Shown here piece by piece: positions 1-10,022 of a stretch of 40,904 bases of DNA. The number at the start of each line of letters is the position of its first letter. Position 1 is the stretch's first letter. The DNA is taken from IMG/VR virus record IMGVR_UViG_3300044698_000273, positions 1-40,904 of that record, one strand, 5' to 3'. Under the pieces are notes generated by a model. The model saw only the letters and a list, made by a program, of their open reading frames with translations. It had not been told where the DNA came from and searched no databases. The translations under genes and the position numbers were made by a program. This DNA comes from a virus (taxonomy: Duplodnaviria > Caudoviricetes).

Positions 1-116
1 GGTCAGCGAACCCCGGTTCTTGCGTCCACTGAAAGTTCTTGGAAGGCCGGAAAACCGGAAAATCACGGAACCTCTTGTGGTTGCGCAAACTATGTCAATC
101 TTTTGACCAAGTGACT

Positions 117-1721
117 ATGACAGACCAGATTGACGAAATACGGCGGAAAAGCCAGGAGCGGGCGGATGCTGAGCGGGAGGCCGCGAAGTCCGACAAACCT
201 CAAGGGGTGGCGGGTCTGGATATCGAATTCATCGCCGAGTGCCGCAAAAAAAATGAGGTCGGCGACTCGGAGATCTACTGCGCCCTGCACCGCAAACGGT
301 ACGCGAAAAACGTGGATACCCTCGGCACCTGGTATGCCTTCACCGGCCACCATTGGCAGATCGATAAAACCAGCCGCTCCCTCGATGCGGTGGAAGATGT
401 GGTCCAGGCCTATATCCGGGAGCTGGCCGATGTCGAGGAAAAGCTTCTCAGCCTCAATGGCGACGAAAACAAGAAGGAAATCGTTGCCAAACTCAACAAG
501 AAAAAAGACTCAATCCTTGGCCGTTGCAACCGCCTCCGCACCGGTCGCGGCCGCAAGAACGTCCTCGACCTGGCCACCTCCAACTCCGACCCCCTGGTCA
601 TCACCTACGACCAACTCGACCAGGACCCATTTCTCCTGGGCGTGAAAAACGGGGTGGTGGATCTGCGCACCGGCCTCCGCCGAGACGGCCGACCGGAGGA
701 TCATATTACCATCGTAGCCCCCACCGATTACCTGGGCATCACCGCCAAATGCGACGCCTGGCGCAATTTCCTCATCGAGGTCCTGGTGGATCCTACCGTT
801 ATCGAATACCTCCAGCGCCTCCTGGGATATTCCATCATCGGCGCCGATCTCGGCGTCCGGGTCTTCCCCATCTTCCACGGGGAGCACTCCCAAAACGGCA
901 AGGGCACCATCAAAGAAGTGCTGCTCTCGGCCCTGGGCCAGGTGGCCGGCACCATCCAGTCGGAGATGCTGATCGCTACCAAGTTCGCAAAGGCGGCAGG
1001 CAGCCCGACCCCGGAGATCATGGATCTCAAAGGCAAGCGCCCTGTTTTTGCCAGCGAGACCGAAAAAGGACAACGCTTCGCCACCGCAGCGGTTAAGCGA
1101 TACGCCGGCGGCGACAAGCTCAAGGGCCGCGGCCTCCAGGATCGCGACTTCACCGAGTTCATCCCCAGTCACACCATGTTCCTGCTCACCAACTACACGC
1201 CCCACGCGCCGGCAGACGATCACGGCTTCTTCAACCGGGCCAAGATCATCCCCTTCCCTTTCTCTTTTGTCGAGGATCCCAAGGCCCCTTATGAGAAAAA
1301 GGCGGACCCAGGTCTCAAGGAGAAACTCCTGGCCGAGGCCTCCGGCATTCTCGGCTGGCTGGTGGAAGGGGCGCTCCTCTTCCAGAAGACTGGCCTCTGC
1401 ACCCCGGACAGCATCAAGGAGCCCACCGCGGCGTACAAGCGAGGCGAGGATCAGATCCTCGACTATGTGGAGGCCTGCTGCAACCAGGGACCGACCCTTG
1501 ATGAAAACGCCACCAACCTCTATCAGACATTCCGGTGGTGGTGGAAGGAAAACGTCAACAACACCCCGCCAAACGCCCGCAACTTCGGCGATGGACTCAA
1601 AATCCATTTCAAAAAGGAGAAGAAAGGCACGGTCACCTATTATGGCCTGGAGGTTAAACCGGACATTCTGGCCGATGCTCTCAAAGACGAAAACCCATCT
1701 GATTACAAGAGGTTGTACTGA
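117..1721 (+). CDS. P4-family/D5-like SF3 helicase (phage primase-helicase C-terminal type)
   Basis: LGVKNGVVDLRTG (D5_N-like), Walker A-like GEHSQNGKGT, FASE Walker B, VKRYAGGD, LLTNYTP, RAKIIPF; ATG 117 preferred over TTG 39. Confidence 0.9.
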   Translation: MTDQIDEIRRKSQERADAEREAAKSDKPQGVAGLDIEFIAECRKKNEVGDSEIYCALHRKRYAKNVDTLGTWYAFTGHHWQIDKTSRSLDAVEDVVQAYIRELADVEEKLLSLNGDENKKEIVAKLNKKKDSILGRCNRLRTGRGRKNVLDLATSNSDPLVITYDQLDQDPFLLGVKNGVVDLRTGLRRDGRPEDHITIVAPTDYLGITAKCDAWRNFLIEVLVDPTVIEYLQRLLGYSIIGADLGVRVFPIFHGEHSQNGKGTIKEVLLSALGQVAGTIQSEMLIATKFAKAAGSPTPEIMDLKGKRPVFASETEKGQRFATAAVKRYAGGDKLKGRGLQDRDFTEFIPSHTMFLLTNYTPHAPADDHGFFNRAKIIPFPFSFVEDPKAPYEKKADPGLKEKLLAEASGILGWLVEGALLFQKTGLCTPDSIKEPTAAYKRGEDQILDYVEACCNQGPTLDENATNLYQTFRWWWKENVNNTPPNARNFGDGLKIHFKKEKKGTVTYYGLEVKPDILADALKDENPSDYKRLY

Positions 1722-1920
1722 TGCGCCTGGACAGTATGGACATACATCCGGACATTCCCGCCAAGCTCAAACGGACCTTAATTGGTCTGATTACAAACAC
1801 TTGCGCCCTTGCGCGTGGACAGTGGACAGTTCGGACATTAGTACCCGGCCAAATAAACTAACAAGGGGAATGTTTACGCGCGCACGCAATATATAACCCT
1901 CCACACTGTCCAACTATCCA
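1698..1920. promoter_or_regulatory. Putative replication origin with YGGACA iterons
   Basis: TGGACAG/TGGACAT/CGGACAT at 1728, 1737, 1749, 1816, 1823, 1832; inverted CTGTCCA 1906 and CTATCCA 1914; TCTGATTACAA repeated at 1698 and 1786; lies between helicase and primase. Confidence 0.65.
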
Positions 1921-1941
1921 GAAAGAAGAAGAGAGAGAAAG

Positions 1942-3432
1942 ATGAATATGATGCAATTCCATGGTTTTCCTGGGTTTTCCGGTTTTCGCGCCGGCAGTAA
2001 AAACGGTGGAGAGTACCACGGCAAATGTCCAGGCAATGGTCCAGACTGCGTTTGCCTCGATGAAAACGAAAACCGGATGCGAATCTGGCCGCACCAAGGC
2101 CCGATCGGCATGTTCAACTGCCGCAAGTGCGGATGCCACGGCGACGCCATCCAGTGGCTCAAGGATTTCCTGGGCATTGGCTACCTGGAGGCCTGCGTCT
2201 ACCTCGGCATTGAGCCGAAGTCCAAGACCGCGGCCTCCCTCCCCGGCCGTGCCCAAGCATCCCGACCGGCTCCGGAGCAGATCCACCGGCTTACTCTCCA
2301 CCCCACCGCCTCCCCTTCCCCGGTCTGGATCGAGCATGCCGAGAAGTTCGTGGCCTGGTGCCACGAGCAGCTCCTGGCCAACCCGGAGCAACTGGCCTAC
2401 CTCGCCGCCAGGGGGATCAGCAAGGCCGCGGCCATCTCCTGCCGCCTCGGCTGGAACCCCAAGGACACCTACCGCCAGCGGGAAAGCTGGGGGCTGCCCA
2501 CCGAGTTGGACTCCAAGACAGACCGCCCCTTGCGTCTCTGGCTCCCCGCCGGCTTGGTCATCCCGGTCTACCGCAACGGAGTTCTCCAGCGGGTGCGGGT
2601 CCGCCGTCCAGCCTCGGAACGGGCCAAATTTCTACCGAAACGCAAATACCACCGGATCCCGGGCTCCTCCATCACCACCATGATCCTGGGCGAATCCTCC
2701 CGGGCCTTCGCCGTGGTCGAGGCGGAGCTGGACGCCGTGGCCATCTTCTCCGCCACCCCCGATCTGGTAGGCGCCGTGTCCATCGAAACCCTCGAAGGTA
2801 ATCTCGATGCCGAGGCCGCGGCCATCCTAGCCCAGGCCCTGGTCATCCTCGACGCCCTGGATGCGGACGATCCGACCACCCCGGCCCTGCAGCGGGCCCT
2901 GGCCAAATGGTCCGCAACCTTCCCCCGCCATCTCCGCTGGCCGGTACCGGTGGGCAAGGACCCGGGCGAGGCGGTCAAGGCCGGGGTCGATCTCCGCACC
3001 TGGATCCTTGCCGGACTTCCGCCGGTCTTCACGGTCGGTTCCGGGGCTGCGGAGATTCCCGGACAGTCCGCTTTTTCTGGCCTGTGTGGGGGAGCGGCGG
3101 AAATTGAGGGCGGTGGCGATGCCGAGGTGGCTGTAGGTGAGGAAGCGGCCTCAAGTGATGTCGCAAAACAAGAAATGGCTACGGTTGGCGAGCAAGACGA
3201 CGTTGCCGAGTTGGCCGGGCTCCTGGCCAAACATCAGGTGCGGGTCCTCAAGAGTGAGGACGGCAGAGAGGTCAGTATTCAATGGGATCAGAAGTGGCGG
3301 CAGGCGCATCAGGAAACAGCTAACCGCATCTCCGCGCTGGTGTTCCAGTCGGACTCGGTGTTCAAGGTAATCCATTATCACCCGGACTTGACGATCCATG
3401 CCGGGAATCTTTTAATGGGGCATCAAACATGA
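1942..3432 (+). CDS. DNA primase (N-terminal Zn finger plus TOPRIM-like domain)
   Basis: EYHGKCP...FNCRKCGCHGDAIQWL Zn-binding motif, YLAARGI, GLVIPV, VVEAELDA, LDADD, GKDPGE. Confidence 0.8.
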   Translation: MNMMQFHGFPGFSGFRAGSKNGGEYHGKCPGNGPDCVCLDENENRMRIWPHQGPIGMFNCRKCGCHGDAIQWLKDFLGIGYLEACVYLGIEPKSKTAASLPGRAQASRPAPEQIHRLTLHPTASPSPVWIEHAEKFVAWCHEQLLANPEQLAYLAARGISKAAAISCRLGWNPKDTYRQRESWGLPTELDSKTDRPLRLWLPAGLVIPVYRNGVLQRVRVRRPASERAKFLPKRKYHRIPGSSITTMILGESSRAFAVVEAELDAVAIFSATPDLVGAVSIETLEGNLDAEAAAILAQALVILDALDADDPTTPALQRALAKWSATFPRHLRWPVPVGKDPGEAVKAGVDLRTWILAGLPPVFTVGSGAAEIPGQSAFSGLCGGAAEIEGGGDAEVAVGEEAASSDVAKQEMATVGEQDDVAELAGLLAKHQVRVLKSEDGREVSIQWDQKWRQAHQETANRISALVFQSDSVFKVIHYHPDLTIHAGNLLMGHQT

Positions 3433-5348
3433 CCCCTGTCATTTTGAAATACCGCGACAGATTTCGCAAGTCTCCACAGCTCTCCATCAATTTCGGTGAG
3501 CTGGCCATTGATAATTTCGCCGGCGGAGGTGGAGCGTCCACCGGGATTGAGGCTGCCATCGGCCGTCCGGTGGATATCGCCATCAACCACGACCCTGGCG
3601 CCGTGGCCATGCACGAAGTCAATCACCCCGGCACGCGCCACTTTTGCGAATCGGTGTGGGATGTTGACCCGCGCAAGATTTGCGGGGGCCGTCCGGTTGG
3701 TATCGCCTGGTTCAGCCCGGATTGTAAGCACCACTCAAAGGCCCGCGGAGGAAAGCCGGTTGAAAAAAAGATCAGGGGCCTTGCCTGGGTGGCAGTGCGT
3801 TGGGCTGCAACGGTCAAGCCCCGGCTGATTATCCTGGAAAATGTTGAAGAGTTTGTCACATGGGGCCCGCTGGTTACAGATGTAAATGGCGACTGTTACC
3901 CCTGTAAGAAACGGAAGGGCCAGACGTTCCGGAGCTTCGTCAATGCGCTGCGCCGCCAGGGATATGAGGTGGACTGGAGAGAGTTGCGGGCCTGCGATTA
4001 CGGTGCCCCGACCATTCGTAAGCGTTTTTTCCTGATCGCCCGCTGCGACGGCCAGCCGATTGCCTGGCCGGAACCGACCCACGGAGATCCGAAAAGCGAG
4101 GCAGCAAAGAGCGGGCGCTTGCTTCCTTGGCGCACCGCTGCCGAGTGCATCGACTGGTCTCTTCCCTGCCCTTCAATTTTTGAGCGAAAACGGCCCCTGG
4201 CCGAGGCCACCCTGCGAAGGATCGCAAAGGGGGTCATGCGATATGTGGTGGAGTCGCCTGAGCCGTTCATCGTTCCTCTCACCCACCACGGCAAGAGGAA
4301 AAACCACGATATCAGCAAACCGTTTAACACCGTCACTGGAGCGCATCGCGGAGAGATGGCGCTGGTAACCCCTTTCATCACCTCACATGCCAATGCGTCG
4401 AATCAACGGAACATGCCGGCAGACGGGTCGCTGCGGACGCAGTGCGCCCAGGTGAAAGGCGGTCATTTCGCCCTTGTTACTCCCTTTATTTCCACCTATT
4501 ACGGGGCAAAATCGGCAAAAGATGCACGCGGGGCAAGGATGGACAAACCTATCGCCACCCAGACCACGGAAAACCGGCACGCTGTTGTTTCCGCTTTCCT
4601 TGCCAAGAACTACACAGGGGTGGTCGGGTCCGACCTGGACAAACCAATCGGAACAGTGACCGGCATCGACCACCACTCCCTGGTTGCCGCCAGCGTGGTG
4701 CGTCATTTCGGAGAAAGCGTCGGTTCTTCCCCGGCCGAACCGGTCGGCACCATCACCGCCGGCGGCCTCGGCAAGACCGGGATCATCGCGGCGAATCTGG
4801 TCAGAAATTTCGGGAAAAGCGCCGGCGCCGCTGCGGCAGGTCCGGCTTGCACCATCACCGGCAAAAGCAAGGACGCCCTGGTTACCTCCCACCTGGTCAA
4901 GCTGCGCGGCACCTGCAAGGATGGCCAGCCGGTAACCAGCCCCGCCCCGACCATCACCGCCAGCGGCACCCATGTCGGCGAGGTCCGGGCCTTCCTGATG
5001 AAATATTACGGCACGGATCAGGACCCCAAGCTGGTCGAACCGCTCCACACGGTGACCACGAAAGACCGCTTTGGCCTGGTTACCGTCAAGGGCGAAGAAT
5101 ACCGGATCGTGGATATAGGCATGCGGATGTTGTCTCCCCGGGAGCTGTACCGTGCCCAAGGATTCCCGGAGAACTACATCATCGACCGCGACTCGCACGG
5201 CAAGCCCATCACCAAAACCGAACAGGTTGCCAAGTGCGGCAACAGCGTCTGCCCGCCAATTGCGGAGGCACTGGTACGGGCGAACATGGCGGCGGTTGAG
5301 GTTATCGCTGTCGGAAACCCACCGGCACTGGCGGGGGTGCAGCGATGA
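3429..5348 (+). CDS. C5-cytosine DNA methyltransferase with repeat-expanded variable region
   Basis: Motif I DNFAGGGG, motif IV SPDC, motif VI ENV, motif VIII RKRFF, motifs IX/X RMLSPRELYRAQGFP and GNSV. Confidence 0.95.
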   Translation: MTPVILKYRDRFRKSPQLSINFGELAIDNFAGGGGASTGIEAAIGRPVDIAINHDPGAVAMHEVNHPGTRHFCESVWDVDPRKICGGRPVGIAWFSPDCKHHSKARGGKPVEKKIRGLAWVAVRWAATVKPRLIILENVEEFVTWGPLVTDVNGDCYPCKKRKGQTFRSFVNALRRQGYEVDWRELRACDYGAPTIRKRFFLIARCDGQPIAWPEPTHGDPKSEAAKSGRLLPWRTAAECIDWSLPCPSIFERKRPLAEATLRRIAKGVMRYVVESPEPFIVPLTHHGKRKNHDISKPFNTVTGAHRGEMALVTPFITSHANASNQRNMPADGSLRTQCAQVKGGHFALVTPFISTYYGAKSAKDARGARMDKPIATQTTENRHAVVSAFLAKNYTGVVGSDLDKPIGTVTGIDHHSLVAASVVRHFGESVGSSPAEPVGTITAGGLGKTGIIAANLVRNFGKSAGAAAAGPACTITGKSKDALVTSHLVKLRGTCKDGQPVTSPAPTITASGTHVGEVRAFLMKYYGTDQDPKLVEPLHTVTTKDRFGLVTVKGEEYRIVDIGMRMLSPRELYRAQGFPENYIIDRDSHGKPITKTEQVAKCGNSVCPPIAEALVRANMAAVEVIAVGNPPALAGVQR

Positions 5349-6433
5349 CCGTTGATATTTTAACCGGCGACTGTCGGGACATCCTGCCGACTCTGCCGGA
5401 GAAAAGCGTCCATTGCTGCGTTACCTCGCCGCCGTATTGGGGGCTGCGCGATTATGGGGTTGACGGCCAGATCGGGCTGGAGGCCTCCCCGGAGGAATTC
5501 ATTGTCGAGATGGTCAATGTGTTCCGGGAGGTGCACCGGGTGCTGCGGGACGATGGGACGCTCTGGCTGAATCTCGGAGATACCTACGCCGGATCGCGGG
5601 GACAGTCGCTTCGTGGCGGCCCCCCAAGTGCCTCGAGCACGCTGGCAGGAAACGGTCATCGCGGAGGCGGTCCGAAATTAAGCGGAATGACCACGGTAAG
5701 CCGCCGGCGGGACAATGCCGTTATCCCGCGCTCCGACTTTTTTATCCCCGGCCTAAAACCGAAAGACCTTGTCGGCATCCCCTGGCGCGTTGCCCTGGCC
5801 CTGCAGGCGGACGGCTGGTATCTGCGCTGCGATATCATCTGGCACAAGCCGAACCCCATGCCGGAAAGCGTTACCGACAGGCCGACCAAAGCCCATGAGT
5901 ACATGTTCCTGCTCTCCAAGTCCGAAAAATATTACTACGACCACGAGGCCATCAAGGAGCCGGTGTCCGGTTCTGCCCATGCCCGCAGGGGATACAAAAC
6001 CCCGGATGGTTGGGACACCTCATCGGGCAACGGCGGGCACGGGCAGTTCCATCGTGAGGGCCGGGAGAAAGGCAAGATCCCGGGAGTCGGTCCCAAAGCC
6101 GAGGCCGCAGCGGCCGGCGTGAAGAGCAATAAAAGTTTTTCCGCCGCCATTGTCGATTTGGTTCAAAGCAGAAACAAGCGCTCCGTGTGGACTGTGCCCA
6201 CGCAGCCATACTCTGCCGCCCACTTCGCCACCTTCCCGGAAAAGCTCATAGAGCCGTGCATCAAGGCCGGTTGTCCTCGGGGGGGGGTGGTGCTGGATAT
6301 CTTCGGCGGCAGCGGCACCACGGGCCGGGTGTCCACCAGGCTGAGGCGCAATTCCATCTTGATCGATTTGAACCCGGAATATGTGAAGTTGCAGCACGAG
6401 CGGACTTCCATGGTTCAGTTAAACGTTTTTTAG
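5345..6433 (+). CDS. Beta-class N4-cytosine/N6-adenine DNA methyltransferase
   Basis: Catalytic TSPPY near the N-terminus, IIWHKPNPMPES, HFATFP, SAM-binding LDIFGGSGTT near the C-terminus. Confidence 0.95.
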   Translation: MTVDILTGDCRDILPTLPEKSVHCCVTSPPYWGLRDYGVDGQIGLEASPEEFIVEMVNVFREVHRVLRDDGTLWLNLGDTYAGSRGQSLRGGPPSASSTLAGNGHRGGGPKLSGMTTVSRRRDNAVIPRSDFFIPGLKPKDLVGIPWRVALALQADGWYLRCDIIWHKPNPMPESVTDRPTKAHEYMFLLSKSEKYYYDHEAIKEPVSGSAHARRGYKTPDGWDTSSGNGGHGQFHREGREKGKIPGVGPKAEAAAAGVKSNKSFSAAIVDLVQSRNKRSVWTVPTQPYSAAHFATFPEKLIEPCIKAGCPRGGVVLDIFGGSGTTGRVSTRLRRNSILIDLNPEYVKLQHERTSMVQLNVF

Positions 6434-6446
6434 AGGGGGAAAGGAT

Positions 6447-7412
6447 ATGACAATGCCAGCGGAAAAACGCATCAAAAAAGGCTTGTGGTGGGACCGCAAC
6501 TGGCCGGTGCTGGAAGGCTGTACCCCGTGCTCGCCTGCCTGCGATAACTGCTTTGCCGCCGAGTATGCCCACCGTTTTGAGGGTTCGCTCCCGTATCTAC
6601 GCGGGCTGACCACGCCGGAAGGCAAGTGGAACGGCACCGTGATCATGCGCCAGGATCAGCTTGACCTGCCCCTCAAGACCAAGAAGCCCACCGTCTGGTT
6701 TGTGGCCGAACGGTCGGACCTGTTCCATCCCGCGGTGACGGATGAATATCTGGACCGCATCTTTGCGGTGATGGCGATGTCTCCGCAGCACACGTTCATG
6801 GTGCTGACCAAGCGGCCGGAGCGGATGCGTGATTATTTCTCTGGGTGGGTCGGCGGCAGCAGGGAGGTAAAAACGTCCAGTCCGAATATTATGGGCGAAT
6901 TGCGCTTGCCGTTTCCCAACCTCTGGATTGGCGTCACCGCCGAAAACCAGGAGCAGGCAGACAAGCGCATTCCTTTCCTGTTGCAAACGCGGGCGGAGCA
7001 CAGGTTCGTTTCCATCGAGCCGCTGCTATCCGGCATTGAAATATCACCCTATTTTTGGCCGCAGCGCCTTTGGATGCGTAACCAGGTGGCATTCGCGGAA
7101 AAAGCGCATGAATATCCGGATTGCATGGTCCCGATGCTTGACTGGGTCATCTGCGGTGGTGAATCAGGCCGCAATGCCAGGCCGGTGCATCCCGATTGGC
7201 TGCGCACTCTCCGCGATCAGTGCGCAGCCGTCGGGGTGCCATTCTTCTTCAAGCAGTGGGGGGAATGGGCACCTCGTGAGATCGCGCTAAAAGTATATGG
7301 CGAAGATTACGATCCAGAAAACAAAGTTGCGATGGCACGCATCGGCAAGAAGGCATCCGGCCGGCTGCTTGACGGAAAAGAGCACCTGGAGCTTCCAAGG
7401 TATTTCGCATGA
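6447..7412 (+). CDS. DUF5131 / phage Gp37-Gp68 family protein, copy 1
   Basis: GCTPCSPACDNCFA three-Cys motif, SDLFH, HTFMVLTKRPER, NLWIGVTAENQ, RFVSIEPLL, WVICGGESG, PFFFKQWG. Confidence 0.92.
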   Translation: MTMPAEKRIKKGLWWDRNWPVLEGCTPCSPACDNCFAAEYAHRFEGSLPYLRGLTTPEGKWNGTVIMRQDQLDLPLKTKKPTVWFVAERSDLFHPAVTDEYLDRIFAVMAMSPQHTFMVLTKRPERMRDYFSGWVGGSREVKTSSPNIMGELRLPFPNLWIGVTAENQEQADKRIPFLLQTRAEHRFVSIEPLLSGIEISPYFWPQRLWMRNQVAFAEKAHEYPDCMVPMLDWVICGGESGRNARPVHPDWLRTLRDQCAAVGVPFFFKQWGEWAPREIALKVYGEDYDPENKVAMARIGKKASGRLLDGKEHLELPRYFA

Positions 7413-8002
7413 CTCAGGAGCAAGCACCGCCGGACTCCTCCCCGGCCCCGGAGTTTCAGGACACCAAAAACGCCGCCGGTGTACTGCGCTTTTTGCAGAC
7501 CAACGGCTGGAAGGTGGAAAAAACCCAGTTTTACACCCACGTCAAGCAGGGCAAGCTGGCCCGCAACGACCAGGGGCTTTTCACCCGCCGTGCCGTGCTT
7601 CGGTATGCCAAGGACTGGGTGCCCCGCAACGACACCGGCAAGACGATCGGCGAGGAGCAGGAGGATCTGAATCGGACCAAGCTGCAGGAGGAGATCAAGC
7701 GGATCCGGGTGCAGCAGGAGCGGGACAACTTCAAGTTCGATGTCGAGCGCGGCAAGTACCTCCCCCGGGCGGAGGTGGAACAGGAGCTGGCCGGCCGGGC
7801 CGTGGCCCTGGATGCCGGATACAACCACATGGTTTACAGCCGGGTGCAGGAGTTCATTTCCGTCGTGGGCGGCGATCCATCCAAGGCCTCCCTGCTGATC
7901 GAGTGCCTGCTAACGGCCAGGGATGACTGGTTCAACCAGTATGCCGCGCCCATGGATTTCGAGGTGGAGTTGGCGGCGAATATGCCGCCGGATGAAGGTT
8001 GA
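7409..8002 (+). CDS. Putative terminase small subunit (Nu1-like wHTH plus coiled coil)
   Basis: N-terminal HTH-like segment (VEKTQFYTHVKQGKL), coiled coil, ERGKYLPRAEVEQE motif typical of small subunits partnering GpA. Confidence 0.6.
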   Translation: MTQEQAPPDSSPAPEFQDTKNAAGVLRFLQTNGWKVEKTQFYTHVKQGKLARNDQGLFTRRAVLRYAKDWVPRNDTGKTIGEEQEDLNRTKLQEEIKRIRVQQERDNFKFDVERGKYLPRAEVEQELAGRAVALDAGYNHMVYSRVQEFISVVGGDPSKASLLIECLLTARDDWFNQYAAPMDFEVELAANMPPDEG

Positions 8003-8020
8003 AAAAAAGGAGAGCTGATC

Positions 8021-8392
8021 ATGGAATGCGCCTGCGTAGAGGCCAGCGGAGATGATTACGCGGAGTCGAGCTATACCAAGATTCTCACGGCCGGAAAGCC
8101 GCATAAATGCGGAGAGTGCTACCGGAAAATCCAACCCGGCGAGCAGTACGAGATGTGCACCATGCTCTTTGAAGGCGAGTGGTCTCGGTGCAAGACCTGC
8201 CTTGATTGCCGTAGCGTAACCGCTGCCTTCTTTTGCGGGTTCACCTTTGAAACTGTATGGGAAGACCTCGGGAGCTCTTTGCGGGATTCTTATGGCCGAT
8301 TTCCAGAGGACAAGATGAATCTTCTGACACCTGCGGCCAGAGAAAAAGTGTTTTCGCTGATTGAGGGTATCTGGGCTGAGATGGATGAATAG
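8021..8392 (+). CDS. Zn-finger phage hypothetical protein
   Basis: AGGAG RBS; KPHKCGECYRKIQPGEQY and KTCLDC CxxC pairs. Confidence 0.75.
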   Translation: MECACVEASGDDYAESSYTKILTAGKPHKCGECYRKIQPGEQYEMCTMLFEGEWSRCKTCLDCRSVTAAFFCGFTFETVWEDLGSSLRDSYGRFPEDKMNLLTPAAREKVFSLIEGIWAEMDE

Positions 8393-8486
8393 CCTACCAC
8401 CACAATAAATCATCCCACCTGACAACAAGGCAAAAACTAACGGTTATCTTCGATTTTTCAACCAGATAGCAAGCGAACCAGCGAAA

Positions 8487-8930
8487 ATGAAAAAACAAAA
8501 AAACAGCCTGACTATCCCGAAACAGACCGTGGAAGAGCTGGCCCGCCGTTACGGGAACAAGCAGAACGCCCTTTCCGGCCAAGTAAGCAGCGACCTGATG
8601 TTTTACCATGCCCTGCTCGATCTGCAGGGCATGGAGGCGATGATCGACAGCCGCTTCAACGAAGCGGAGGTGCGGCTGCTCCTGGCGTCCACCGCTGGTC
8701 TGGCCGTGGAGCCCGGCGCCCTGGCAGGCATCGCCCCCAGGATCACCGCCGCCCTGGCGGAGCATATTCGTCCGGATAACCACCAAGCCATGACCTTCCT
8801 GTCCCATAAGATCATGAAGCTTTCCGTCAGCCAGGCGTTGTGGCTGTGGGACCGGCTCACGGTGTACCGGGCCAACAGTACCCGGCACCAGGATCGGGAG
8901 TATCTGCTGGCCCTGTTTGGGGTGAGATAA
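8487..8930 (+). CDS. Hypothetical protein (possible ribbon-helix-helix N-terminus)
   Basis: Clean 147-aa ORF in phage codon style; NSLTIPKQTVEELARRY only weakly RHH-like. Confidence 0.6.
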   Translation: MKKQKNSLTIPKQTVEELARRYGNKQNALSGQVSSDLMFYHALLDLQGMEAMIDSRFNEAEVRLLLASTAGLAVEPGALAGIAPRITAALAEHIRPDNHQAMTFLSHKIMKLSVSQALWLWDRLTVYRANSTRHQDREYLLALFGVR

Positions 8931-8968
8931 TTGCTGTCGCAACCAAGGAAAACTAGAGGAGAAATGCC

Positions 8969-9214
8969 ATGAAAAACAAATTGACCAACCTTAATGACCA
9001 CCTGTTTGCCCAACTGGAGAGGCTGTCGGACGAGGACACGAAAGGGGCTGACTTAACCGAAGAGATCGAACGCGCCCGTGCCGTATCGCAGATCGCCGGG
9101 CAGATCATCGGCAATGCGGCCCTGGTCCTGAAGGCCCAGACCGCCCTCAACGATGGCATGATCCGCCGTGCTCCAACCATGATGATTGGCGCCGTAAATG
9201 AAGCAACGGAATAG
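8969..9214 (+). CDS. Small phage protein preceding HNH gene
   Basis: GAGGAG RBS; MKNKLTNLNDHLFAQLERL...EIERARAV, a pattern I recognise from prophage genes upstream of HNH genes. Confidence 0.75.
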   Translation: MKNKLTNLNDHLFAQLERLSDEDTKGADLTEEIERARAVSQIAGQIIGNAALVLKAQTALNDGMIRRAPTMMIGAVNEATE

Positions 9215-10022
9215 ATACACCCCTGAGCAGTTGGAGTTCCTCCGGACCGGATACGACACCATGCCGATCCGGAAGCTGACGCCTGCGTTCAATGCGGAAT
9301 TCGGCCTGGCCAAGACCGAGATCCAAATCAAGGCGGCGTTGAACAACCACCGCATCACCTGCGGCAGGAAATACGGGGAGCGGATCCACTTCGCCCAGTT
9401 ATACACCGAGAAACAGGTGCAGTTCCTGCGGGACCATTACCAGGGTCGAAGCGTGGCGGAGCTGACCGCCCTGTTCAATCAGCGGTTCGCCGCCGCCATG
9501 ACGGCGCGGCAGATCAAGGCTTTTGTCAGTAACCGGGGGATTACCTCCGGTCGGACAGGCCAATTCGAGCCGGGGCACGCATCGTGGAACCATGGCGTCA
9601 AGGGGTACATGGGGGCCAACCGGACCAGCTTCAAAAAAGGCAGTGTGCCGCCGAACCGGAAGCCGCTCGGGACGGAGCGGATCTGCCCGAAAGACGGTTT
9701 TGTTTCGATAAAGATCGCGGAGACCAACCCGTATACCGGGTTTTCGACCAGGTACAAACACAAGCACGTCCATGTCTGGGAGCAGCTGCACGGCCCGGTG
9801 CCTAAAGGCCATGTGGTGTCCTTTATCGACGGCGACAAGCTCAATTGCGAGCCGGAAAATCTGATGCTGCTCACCAGGAAAGAGCTGTTGTGCCTGAACC
9901 TGCACAACTACAAGGACACCCCGGCCGAGCTGAAACCATCGGTGCTGGCTCTGGCAAAACTGGAGGCCAAGGCGGGCATCAGAACCAAGCCGAGTAGAGG
10001 AAGAAGAAAGGGAAATGGTTGA
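9198..10022 (+). CDS. HNH endonuclease-domain protein with duplicated N-terminal repeats
   Basis: HVHVWEQLHGPVPKGHVVSFIDGDKLNCEPENL; repeats YTPEQLEFLR / YTEKQVQFLR; FEPG / FKKG NUMOD-like motifs. Confidence 0.85.
   Translation: MKQRNRYTPEQLEFLRTGYDTMPIRKLTPAFNAEFGLAKTEIQIKAALNNHRITCGRKYGERIHFAQLYTEKQVQFLRDHYQGRSVAELTALFNQRFAAAMTARQIKAFVSNRGITSGRTGQFEPGHASWNHGVKGYMGANRTSFKKGSVPPNRKPLGTERICPKDGFVSIKIAETNPYTGFSTRYKHKHVHVWEQLHGPVPKGHVVSFIDGDKLNCEPENLMLLTRKELLCLNLHNYKDTPAELKPSVLALAKLEAKAGIRTKPSRGRRKGNG

Noticed and set aside
1-116. GGAA-containing short repeats at the left edge as a cos or regulatory site
   Set aside because: Too short and irregular, and truncated by the window edge; no supportable call
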